Shown here: positions 37,133 through 45,264 of the stretch, in pieces | How positions within the stretch are numbered: the stretch's first letter is position 1 | Layout of the letters: every line of letters starts with the position of its first letter | Origin: Patescibacteria group bacterium | GTDB taxonomy: Bacteria > Patescibacteriota > Minisyncoccia > UBA6257 > GWB1-50-10 | DNA: 64,000 nucleotides | Reading direction: 5' to 3' | Assembly (NCBI GenBank): GCA_040757555.1 | Contig: JBFLWN010000007.1 | Span: forward strand, 9,404-73,403 | The notes under the pieces: generated by a model | What the model was told of the DNA's origin: nothing | The model's input: only the letters and a program-made list of their open reading frames with translations | Database searches by the model: none | Program-made: the position numbers and the translations under genes

Positions 37133-38866
37133 ATGGTGAATTCAAAAACCCCACAATTTGATAAGGCACTTGATGAAATTTTGAATTCGCTTGTTCCCCA
37201 TGAGCGGACGTGTCGAAAATGCAATGTAGTATTCAATATAATCGAAGAAGATATAAACTTCTTCCGTATATTTCGAGTACCTCCTCCAATGTTGTGCTCG
37301 CTTTGTAGGAGAAAACGCCGGTTTGGGCATTTGATGCGCGTTCCGAAATTTTTTAAGAAAAAATGTAGTGCGCCAGGGCACGAAGAAGAGGTTATAACTG
37401 TTTTTCCACCATCTTCCCCACACAGAATATACGACTTTTCCTTTTATCAATCGGATGAATGGGATGGTGCTTCTTATGGAAAGGAGTATGATGTTTCGCA
37501 ACCATTTTTTTCTCAGTTTCAGAAATTGTTCTTTGATGTTCCACACGTTTCGTTGGAACGGGATCCGATGGGAGTGGGAGTTGAGTATACACTTGGGGGG
37601 CGTGGAGGAAAGAATAATTACTATGCATCTGCACCGTTTGGGAGTGAAGAGTGTTCTTATGTGAATGATGCACGTTTTTCAAAAAATATTATTGATTCAA
37701 ATGCCATGTTCAATTCAGAATTTTGCTATGAATCAGTGAATACTTCATATAGTAATAAGGGGATATATCTTATGAATTGTTCGCATTGCATTGATTCGGC
37801 ATTCTTATATGATTGCAAAAATTGTTCCGATTGTTTTCTTTCTTCAAATCTTCGGAATAAATCATATGTATTTCAGAATGAACAACTTACAAAAGAAGAT
37901 TATCGTCGTAAAATAACCGAGATTGATCTGGGGGACAGGGACGTATTTAGAAAGATGAAAGGGGAGTTTATATTTGTCGCGGAGAAGGCATTACGGAGAG
38001 CTACACAAACAGTTAATTGTGTTGATACTCTGGGAGATAGCGATATTGAATGTAAGGATTGTTATTTTGTGTTTCGTGCTCAGAATTCCGAACATTGTAG
38101 ATATTCAGAAAATCTTTTGAAAGCAAAAGATCTTTATGGTGTTACCAATAGTATTGGAGAACATATTTATGAAGGAGTGACATGTATTCCTAGTAACATT
38201 TGGTTTTCCCTTTTTGCTCGTGATTCCACATTCGTAGAATATTGTGTGGAAGTTCGCAACTGTAATTATTGTTTTGGATGTGTGAGCCTCAAAAATAAGC
38301 GATTTCATATTTTTAATAAACCATATACAGAAGAAGAATATTGGAAAAAAGTAGATGATATAAAAACTGCAATGCTCTCGAGAGAAGAATATGGTGAGTT
38401 TTTCGATCTTTCTCTCGGACTTATGCCGTATCAATCATCGAATGGAGAATATTATTTTCCAGTTTCAGAAGAAGAGGCCAAAGCACAAAATATCCCCATT
38501 TATCCAGAGCCAGAGAGTCATCTTCCTAATAGTATTCGTATTCTTGATCCACAAACAGAAGTTCCTAAAAATATTAAAGATGTGACGGATGATATTTTAA
38601 AACATGCAGTTTGTTGTGAGGTGTCTGGGAAAGCGTTTCGTATTACACCATCCGAACTTCAATTTTATCGACGTCTTAATATTCCTATTCCATTAAAACA
38701 TCCGTGGCAAAGAATGATTGAGCGGAGGGATTGGGAATTTCCTTTTATGCTATATGACTTTGTGTGTCCACAATGTGGTGAAAAATCTTTTTCGGTATAT
38801 TCGCCCGAAGAGCAGAAAAAGTTGAAAATTTTCTGCGAAAAATGTTATTTGAGGGAAGTGGTATAA
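37133..38866 (+). CDS. Cys-rich multi-zinc-ribbon protein, paralog 9 (most divergent, N-terminal extension)
   Basis: CRKCNVVFNIIEEDINFFRIFRVPPPMLCSLCRRKRR, RFHIFNKPYTEEEY, tail FCEKCYLREVV. Confidence 0.75.
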   Translation: MVNSKTPQFDKALDEILNSLVPHERTCRKCNVVFNIIEEDINFFRIFRVPPPMLCSLCRRKRRFGHLMRVPKFFKKKCSAPGHEEEVITVFPPSSPHRIYDFSFYQSDEWDGASYGKEYDVSQPFFSQFQKLFFDVPHVSLERDPMGVGVEYTLGGRGGKNNYYASAPFGSEECSYVNDARFSKNIIDSNAMFNSEFCYESVNTSYSNKGIYLMNCSHCIDSAFLYDCKNCSDCFLSSNLRNKSYVFQNEQLTKEDYRRKITEIDLGDRDVFRKMKGEFIFVAEKALRRATQTVNCVDTLGDSDIECKDCYFVFRAQNSEHCRYSENLLKAKDLYGVTNSIGEHIYEGVTCIPSNIWFSLFARDSTFVEYCVEVRNCNYCFGCVSLKNKRFHIFNKPYTEEEYWKKVDDIKTAMLSREEYGEFFDLSLGLMPYQSSNGEYYFPVSEEEAKAQNIPIYPEPESHLPNSIRILDPQTEVPKNIKDVTDDILKHAVCCEVSGKAFRITPSELQFYRRLNIPIPLKHPWQRMIERRDWEFPFMLYDFVCPQCGEKSFSVYSPEEQKKLKIFCEKCYLREVV

Positions 38867-38883
38867 AGAATTTTAAATTTTAA

Positions 38884-40605
38884 ATGAAACAAGAAAAAAG
38901 AAATTGCCAAAATTGCAAAGGGGAATTCATCGTTGAAGATGAAGATTTTCAATTCTATAAAAAAATAGAAGTACCACCCCCAACATTCTGTCCTGACTGT
39001 AGAATACAAAGACGGCTTTCCTATAAAAATGAGCGAACACTTTATCGACGAACTTGTGATAAATGTAAAAAGAATATCATTTCCATTTTTCCTACAGACG
39101 TAAAATTTCCTGTATATTGCCCACAGTGCTGGTATGCGGATGATTGGGGGGCAGAAGAATATGGGATGGAATATGATTCTTCAAAGACTTTTTTTGTCCA
39201 ATTTAAGGAACTTATGGATCGCGTGCCCCGTATGAGTGTGTATATCGATCTTGGGCGTACGATAAATAGCGAGTATTTGCACCTTACGGGACCCGCGAAG
39301 GATTGTTATCTTGTTTTTCTTGCAGACCAGAATGAGAATTGTATGTATTCATATTCAATTTTTTACAATAAAGATCTTGTGGATGCGACTAAGGTTTCAA
39401 GTACTACGCGCGGGTATGAGCTCATTAATTGTGAAAATTGTTATCAAACAACATATTCAAGTGATTGCAAAAATTGTGTCGATACGGCGTTTTCAAAAAA
39501 CTGTAATAATTGTACAAACTGTTTTGGGTGTGTGAATCTTTCAAATAAAAAATTCTGTTTTTTTAATGAACAACTCAGTGAAGCAGAATATAAGGTGCGT
39601 ACAAGTGAATTTTTTTCAGGGTCGTTTGTAAAAACAATAGAAGCGGAAAAAAGAAGCGCTGAATTTTTTAAAGATTTTCCGGTGAAATATATGCACGGAA
39701 ACATGAATACAAATGTTTCGGGGGATTATATTTTTCAGAGTAAAAATGTGAAAAATTCATTTCAGGTAGTGGGAGGAACAGATAATAAATATTGTCAGAC
39801 GCTCAATATGGAACCAACCTCGGATTCATATGATTATTCCGATTGGGGAAATAATGCAACTTTAATGTACGATTCAGTAAATTGTGGAGAATATATTACA
39901 AGAACAAAGTTTACTTATGGTGCGTGGCTTGGGGGAGATTATGAATATTGCGATGTCTGTATTGATAGTCACAACCTTTTTGGATGTATCATGTTGAAGA
40001 AAAAGAAATATTGCATATTGAACAGACAATATACAAAAGAAGAATATGAAAAACTGCGCGCAGAGATTATAAAAGAGATGAATGAACGCCCATATAAAGA
40101 TGTAAAAGGGAGAATATATTCTTATGGTGAATTTTTCCCATCAGAATTATCACCCTACCCGTATAAAGATACTGCCGCATTTGAATATTTCCCGCTTACT
40201 GATAATGAAATAAAAAATAATGGATATGTATGGCGAGAGGAGGATGTGCGTGAATATATGCCGACCATGAAATGGTCGGACCTTCCCGATAATATCAATG
40301 ATGTATCGGATGATATTCTTAAGGAGATTATTGAGTGCGCTCATACAAAAGATGGGTGCAATGATCGATGTGCAACGGCATTTCGTATTACCCCGCAAGA
40401 GCTCCAGTTTTATAAAATAATGAAACTTCCGCTTCCGCGATTTTGTTATAATTGTCGGCACTATCGAAGATTTCGTGCGATGAATCCGTGGAAACTATGG
40501 AAAAGAAATTGTGCAAAATGTGGAGCTCAAATTGAGACCTCATATTCACCAGAGAGGGGAGAGACGATATACTGCGAACCTTGCTATCAGAAGGAAGTGA
40601 TATAA
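38884..40605 (+). CDS. Cys-rich multi-zinc-ribbon protein, paralog 10
   Basis: MKQEKRNCQNCKGEF, YCILNRQYTKEEYE, tail YCEPCYQKEVI. Confidence 0.8.
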   Translation: MKQEKRNCQNCKGEFIVEDEDFQFYKKIEVPPPTFCPDCRIQRRLSYKNERTLYRRTCDKCKKNIISIFPTDVKFPVYCPQCWYADDWGAEEYGMEYDSSKTFFVQFKELMDRVPRMSVYIDLGRTINSEYLHLTGPAKDCYLVFLADQNENCMYSYSIFYNKDLVDATKVSSTTRGYELINCENCYQTTYSSDCKNCVDTAFSKNCNNCTNCFGCVNLSNKKFCFFNEQLSEAEYKVRTSEFFSGSFVKTIEAEKRSAEFFKDFPVKYMHGNMNTNVSGDYIFQSKNVKNSFQVVGGTDNKYCQTLNMEPTSDSYDYSDWGNNATLMYDSVNCGEYITRTKFTYGAWLGGDYEYCDVCIDSHNLFGCIMLKKKKYCILNRQYTKEEYEKLRAEIIKEMNERPYKDVKGRIYSYGEFFPSELSPYPYKDTAAFEYFPLTDNEIKNNGYVWREEDVREYMPTMKWSDLPDNINDVSDDILKEIIECAHTKDGCNDRCATAFRITPQELQFYKIMKLPLPRFCYNCRHYRRFRAMNPWKLWKRNCAKCGAQIETSYSPERGETIYCEPCYQKEVI

Positions 40606-40672
40606 GGAATTTTAAATTTTAATTTAGGTATTTATTTAAAAATCGAAATTCAAAATTAGAAAATTACTTTTT

Positions 40673-42124
40673 ATGCCTCTCCCAGAGAAATTTTTCTTTG
40701 GATCGTGTTTCTTCCTTTTGGGGGTTTTATGCGGGAGTATTTCTTTTGGAATATTCACAATCATTATTACAGGCGCTTTAGCGCTTGTTTCTTTATTTCT
40801 GTTTTTTGGTCTCAAAAAGAAAACATATCTTTCGTTATTTTTTCTCCTTTTTCTTCTTCCGGTGGGTTCGTTTTATTACACCCTTCGCAGCGAGATTATG
40901 TTGAGAGTTTCACCCAATTCAATAATCGATGCGGATGTTGTCGTGGCACAAGATGTCCGCGTCCTCGAAAATTCACAGGAGGCGGTTGTGGATGTACTGA
41001 ATGAGAGAGGGGAGAAAGTGGGGCGCGTACTTTTACGTCTCAGAAAGTTTCCGGAAGTGCACTACGGTGATTTTTTACGTATAAAAGGAAGGGCGGAATA
41101 CCCAAGTGAAAGAGGATATGCGGGATATCTTGAAAAGGATGGGATTTCTGGAATTATTGCATTTCCCGACGTTATTTTTCTTGGAGAAAATAAAGGATCA
41201 AAAATATTGGAGACTCTTTTTAACATAAAGAATTTTGCCATCCATTCATTTGAAAAAGTGTTGCCACCAAAAGAAAGCGCATTTCTTTCCGGGGTGGTGT
41301 TGGGGGATACAAGTGGGTTTTCAAAAGAATTTAAAACCGCACTATCACAAAGCGGGACTTCTCATCTCGTTGCACTTTCCGGATATAACATTACTATTCT
41401 TGTTTCTACAATTATGACAATGTGTGGAATATTTTTTTCTCGTCGTAGTGCGCGATGGATTGCGGGAGTGTGTATATTTGGTTTTGTTATTATGACTGGC
41501 GGACAAGCATCGGTGGTCCGTGCGGCAATTATGGGGTGCGTGCTTCTTTTTGTTGGCGCCAGGAAGACAAAAGATCCGCGAAATCTTCTTATATGTACCG
41601 CACTTCTTATGGTGTTGTGGAATCCAAAAATACTTACCTTCGATGTTGGGTTTCAACTTTCATTTTTTGCACTTTTGGGAATTGTATATCTGCGCCCTGC
41701 CTTTCAAAAATTATTCCATTTTTCAAATAACCCAGGATTATTTTTATGGAGAGAAAATCTTCTTTCCACCACCGCAGCGCAATGTGCCGTGCTTCCTATT
41801 CTTATTTCATCATTTGGAGGGGTTTCGGCTACTTCACTTATCGCGAACGTATGTATTTTGGGACTTATTCCCGTTACCATGGGTCTTGGTTTTTCCGTAA
41901 TATTTTCAAGTATATTCTCTTTCTATATTTCTCTCGTGTTCGGATGGATTACGTGGATATTTTTAAAATTTGAAATTGGGATCATCGAATTTTTTGCGGG
42001 GATTGCTCAGCCACTTACCATATCAATGAATATATACATAGCTCTTGTATACTATTCAATCCTTCTGTTTTTTGTATTACAAATGAACAAAAGGGGACTA
42101 TCTCATCAAGATGCACAAGAATAG
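40673..42124 (+). CDS. comEC: ComEC/Rec2 DNA internalisation channel, membrane (competence) domain
   Basis: Polytopic; GVVLGDTSGFSKEFKTALSQSGTSHLVALSGYNITIL matches the ComEC competence-domain motif. Ends at an in-frame TAG. Confidence 0.8.
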   Translation: MPLPEKFFFGSCFFLLGVLCGSISFGIFTIIITGALALVSLFLFFGLKKKTYLSLFFLLFLLPVGSFYYTLRSEIMLRVSPNSIIDADVVVAQDVRVLENSQEAVVDVLNERGEKVGRVLLRLRKFPEVHYGDFLRIKGRAEYPSERGYAGYLEKDGISGIIAFPDVIFLGENKGSKILETLFNIKNFAIHSFEKVLPPKESAFLSGVVLGDTSGFSKEFKTALSQSGTSHLVALSGYNITILVSTIMTMCGIFFSRRSARWIAGVCIFGFVIMTGGQASVVRAAIMGCVLLFVGARKTKDPRNLLICTALLMVLWNPKILTFDVGFQLSFFALLGIVYLRPAFQKLFHFSNNPGLFLWRENLLSTTAAQCAVLPILISSFGGVSATSLIANVCILGLIPVTMGLGFSVIFSSIFSFYISLVFGWITWIFLKFEIGIIEFFAGIAQPLTISMNIYIALVYYSILLFFVLQMNKRGLSHQDAQE

Positions 42125-42133
42125 AATGTATAT

Positions 42134-43048
42134 ATGGATGAAGCCAAAACACCAATCGAGAAAATAATTGAGTTATTGAGGCTGAATAAGCTGGGACACA
42201 CAATGATCATTTTTTTGATTGGATGCGTGTTATTTAATATTATCTGGATTACAAACTTTTTTTCGACAAAAAGTGGGGTTGGGGGTGTGTATTTTTTGAA
42301 TGTTGGGCAGGGTGACAGCGAACTTGTGGTATTTCCGAGTGGAGTAAAATTACTGATTGATGGTGGCCCGCCGAATGGAAAGGTGGAACAGGAAATTTCT
42401 CGAATTATCGGTTCGTTTGATCGATATATTGATCTTGTGATGTTGAGTCACCCACAAACAGACCATTTTGGTGGACTTGTACGTTTATTTGATGATTATC
42501 GCGTTGGCGCATTTCTTACAAATGGGGATATATCAGAAGATAGTGCATATGTGTCTCTTGTAAATAGTCTAGAAAAACAAGATTCAAAAGATATTATAGT
42601 GTCTGCGGGGGATGTTATACGACAAGGTGATGTTTCTTTTCGTATATTATCACCAAATATTATTGATAATAAAGGTACAAAAAAAGAAGATCCAAATGAT
42701 CGTGCGATCATAGGGAAACTTTCGATGAGTGGAGGAAATGTTTTGTTTACGGGTGATATTGGAAAAAATATTGAAAATACGCTTATGTCATTTTTAGGAC
42801 AAATTGATGTGCTAAAAGTTGCACACCACGGATCAAAAAATTCATCGAGCGAAAGTTTTATTTCCCTTATACAACCCAAAATTGCGGTGATTGAGGTGGG
42901 GAAAAATTCATACGGTCATCCATCTTCAGAGGTTATTCAACGGCTTATAAACGGGGGAGCATCGATGTTTCGGACTGATGTTGATGGAACGATAAAAGTT
43001 GTTTTTGAAAATGGATTGGCCCGTGTTTCTGCCCTTCCAAATATGTAA
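42134..43048 (+). CDS. comEC: ComEC metallo-beta-lactamase domain (same frame as the upstream ComEC part)
   Basis: GQGDSELVV, HPQTDHFGG and VAHHGSKNSSS MBL motifs. Confidence 0.8.
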   Translation: MDEAKTPIEKIIELLRLNKLGHTMIIFLIGCVLFNIIWITNFFSTKSGVGGVYFLNVGQGDSELVVFPSGVKLLIDGGPPNGKVEQEISRIIGSFDRYIDLVMLSHPQTDHFGGLVRLFDDYRVGAFLTNGDISEDSAYVSLVNSLEKQDSKDIIVSAGDVIRQGDVSFRILSPNIIDNKGTKKEDPNDRAIIGKLSMSGGNVLFTGDIGKNIENTLMSFLGQIDVLKVAHHGSKNSSSESFISLIQPKIAVIEVGKNSYGHPSSEVIQRLINGGASMFRTDVDGTIKVVFENGLARVSALPNM

Positions 43049-43062
43049 AATTTCGCAAAATT

Positions 43063-43449
43063 TTGGTTTGGCGATACAATAGATATATGGAGAAATTAGC
43101 AAAGTTATCTTCTACTCATTTTTTGAGAGACAAAACACTTCGCCTGCTTTTTATTATTGGCTTATTTCTTTTTGTGGTGGGTTTTGTGTTGGTGCTTCTT
43201 AGTGTGAATATCTTGAGTCTTCCGGTTATCCTTCATTTTGATACGATGAGTGGGGTGGATAAATTCGGAGACCAGTCGTCGGTATGGGGGGTGTGGGGAC
43301 TTGGATTTGTACTTTTTCTTATTAATTCTGTTTTGGGAGAGGTATTTTTCTTGCGTGAGCGGGCTCTCTCATTTGTATGTTTCGGGGCAAATTTGTTTTT
43401 GGGAATTTTATTTCTCATTATTCTTTCGGTTATTATTACAGTGAATTAA
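43063..43449 (+). CDS. Hypothetical small membrane protein
   Basis: Three predicted TM helices, no motif. Confidence 0.3.
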   Translation: MVWRYNRYMEKLAKLSSTHFLRDKTLRLLFIIGLFLFVVGFVLVLLSVNILSLPVILHFDTMSGVDKFGDQSSVWGVWGLGFVLFLINSVLGEVFFLRERALSFVCFGANLFLGILFLIILSVIITVN

Positions 43450-43454
43450 TCACC

Positions 43455-44504
43455 ATGGCTACAATTATTATACTCATTACTATCGCAGTCATATTTATTG
43501 GGGGATTTATATTTCTCGGTGTTCTTATTTCAAAACAAAAAAAAGGAGGAACGGACGACCAGGCATTTGTGCTTATACAAAACCAGATGAATGAACTGAA
43601 CCGCACACTTGATAATAAAGTGGGGGAATCAACGCGCGCTATTGAACGGCAGTTTAGTGAAAGTGCAAAAATCATACGTGATGTGACCGAAAGACTCACA
43701 AAACTCGATGAGACAAATCGGCAGGTGATGAGTTTCACCGATCAACTGCAATCATTGCAGGATGTATTAAAAAATCCAAAACAAAGAGGAATCCTTGGCG
43801 AATATTATTTGGAAACGCTTTTGAAGAATGTGCTTCCTCCCGGAAGCTACCAAATGCAATATCCATTTAAAGACGGAACGATTGTTGATGCGGTAGTATT
43901 TGTGAAAGATAAAATTATTCCCATTGATTCGAAATTTTCACTCGAAAATTATAATCGACTTGCCGAAGAGCGTGATCAGACAGAACGCGACCGACTGGAA
44001 AAATCATTTAAGGCGGATTTGAAAAATCGCATTGACGAGACGGCAAAATATGTGAAGCCAAATGAAGGAACGATGGATTTTGCATTTATGTTTATTCCCC
44101 ATGAAGCGATTTATTATGATCTCCTTGTTGCACAAGTGGGCGCAGTAAAGGTGAACACACGCGATTTAATCGAATACGCGTTTAAAGAAAGGCACGTGAT
44201 CATTGTTTCGCCAACCTCGTTTCTCGCATATCTCCAGACCGTGCTCCAAGGACTCAAAGCACTTCAGATAGAAGAGTCTGCAAAGGAAATTCGAAAACGA
44301 GTGGAAGACTTAGGGAAGCATCTTGGGAGTTATGAATCATATATGAAAAAACTTGGGGGACATTTGGGGACGACGGTGAGTATGTATAACAATGCATATA
44401 AAGAGTTTGGAAAGATTGATAAAGATGTATTGCGGATTAGTGGGGAAGCGGCAGGGATTACCGCAGAAATAATAGAGGGGCCAAAAGAGGAAGAAGATTT
44501 ATAA
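43455..44504 (+). CDS. rmuC: DNA recombination protein RmuC
   Basis: N-terminal TM MATIIILITIAVIFIGGFIFLGV, coiled coil and the RmuC core DFAFMFIPHEAIYYDL. Start trimmed from the ORF-track 43377. Confidence 0.7.
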   Translation: MATIIILITIAVIFIGGFIFLGVLISKQKKGGTDDQAFVLIQNQMNELNRTLDNKVGESTRAIERQFSESAKIIRDVTERLTKLDETNRQVMSFTDQLQSLQDVLKNPKQRGILGEYYLETLLKNVLPPGSYQMQYPFKDGTIVDAVVFVKDKIIPIDSKFSLENYNRLAEERDQTERDRLEKSFKADLKNRIDETAKYVKPNEGTMDFAFMFIPHEAIYYDLLVAQVGAVKVNTRDLIEYAFKERHVIIVSPTSFLAYLQTVLQGLKALQIEESAKEIRKRVEDLGKHLGSYESYMKKLGGHLGTTVSMYNNAYKEFGKIDKDVLRISGEAAGITAEIIEGPKEEEDL

Positions 44505-44520
44505 TGTAGGGAGGTAAATA

Positions 44521-44549
44521 TTGACATATGCTTTTTATTATATTATACT
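44521..44549 (+). promoter_or_regulatory. Sigma-70-like promoter TTGACA-17-TATACT
   Basis: Consensus -35 and near-consensus -10 with a 17-nt spacer, ~35 nt upstream of ORF 44583. Confidence 0.45.
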
Positions 44550-44582
44550 AAGAACAGTATAATTCACAAAAAGGGAAATTAA

Positions 44583-44939
44583 ATGGAAGTAAATGTGTTT
44601 TTCTTCGTGACTTTTTTTGTTTTGATTGCCCTATCCAACATGTTCGTATGTTTTACCATTGCAAAATTATTTCTTAATGTTTTTGGGGAAAAAGTTTTTC
44701 AAACTCTTTTTCCTCCCCATTCAATGGATTTTGCAAAAGTAATCTGTATTTTCCTTATTATTATTTCTTTTCCCGCCGTGCTGCAATCCCCCAAGGGAAG
44801 TGACGGTCCAATTATAGATTGGATGATAGTGTTGCGTCAGTCAGTTTTCCTCATATACACTTTTTTCTTTTCCGTTATGGGCGGAACACTTTTTTCCTAC
44901 TTCCATTGGAAAAAATTAAAAAGAAGGAACCCACAATAA
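44583..44939 (+). CDS. Hypothetical membrane protein
   Basis: 118 aa with three to four hydrophobic helices. Confidence 0.4.
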   Translation: MEVNVFFFVTFFVLIALSNMFVCFTIAKLFLNVFGEKVFQTLFPPHSMDFAKVICIFLIIISFPAVLQSPKGSDGPIIDWMIVLRQSVFLIYTFFFSVMGGTLFSYFHWKKLKRRNPQ

Positions 44940-44976
44940 TAGGGTTCTTTTTTAATAAGGGTTTTGTTATGGGGGG

Positions 44977-45004
44977 TTGACAAGAATAATCTATATGCTA
45001 TAAT
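44977..45004 (+). promoter_or_regulatory. Sigma-70-like promoter TTGACA-16-TATAAT upstream of secA
   Basis: Perfect -35 and -10 hexamers, 16-nt spacer. Confidence 0.5.
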
Positions 45005-45264
45005 GCTTTTGTTGAATGTAGTGTTGGTTTCTTATCTTCACCGCGACGGTTCGCCGAGGCGGAGAAATGTAAGGAATCCCTCTAATTCCTCCCACCGCAA
45101 GGTGGGGGGTTTTTATTTACGCGTATTTTCAAACCTGCTACTCTATATATGTGCGGTTCGGACCTCCTAGGCGGCTATGGACGCGCACTCGTTCAACATT
45201 TAATAAAAAATTGGAGGTTACCGCCATAGCCGCTCAGGATGCCTGAGCGGCTTCAAAAAAGACT
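45005..45264 (+). promoter_or_regulatory. Long structured 5' leader of secA (candidate attenuator / regulatory RNA)
   Basis: Terminator-like hairpin cccacc-gcaa-ggtggg plus gggttttt. A 10-bp long-range stem ggcggctatgg/ccatagccgc competes with the local hairpin gccgctcagg-atg-cctgagcggc. Confidence 0.25.

Noticed and set aside
18509-40605. Array as CRISPR, IS elements or transposase copies (for example a TnpB-like C-terminal zinc finger)
   Set aside because: Units are ~1.7 kb protein-coding genes, not short repeats; no inverted repeats, RuvC/DDE motifs or HTH; copies are divergent, not near-identical.
44964-45170. 68-aa ORF MLWGVDKNNLY...
   Set aside because: Overlaps the secA promoter and leader hairpins, has no RBS and no motif; more parsimoniously non-coding leader.
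45005-45264. Possibility that the secA leader is SRP RNA, tmRNA, RNase P RNA or 6S RNA
   Set aside because: No helix-8 GGAAG/AGCAGC SRP motif, no tRNA-like 3' end (GGGGG...UUCGAUUCC...CCA), no RNase P P4 GGAAAGUCCGG; kept only as an unclassified structured leader.
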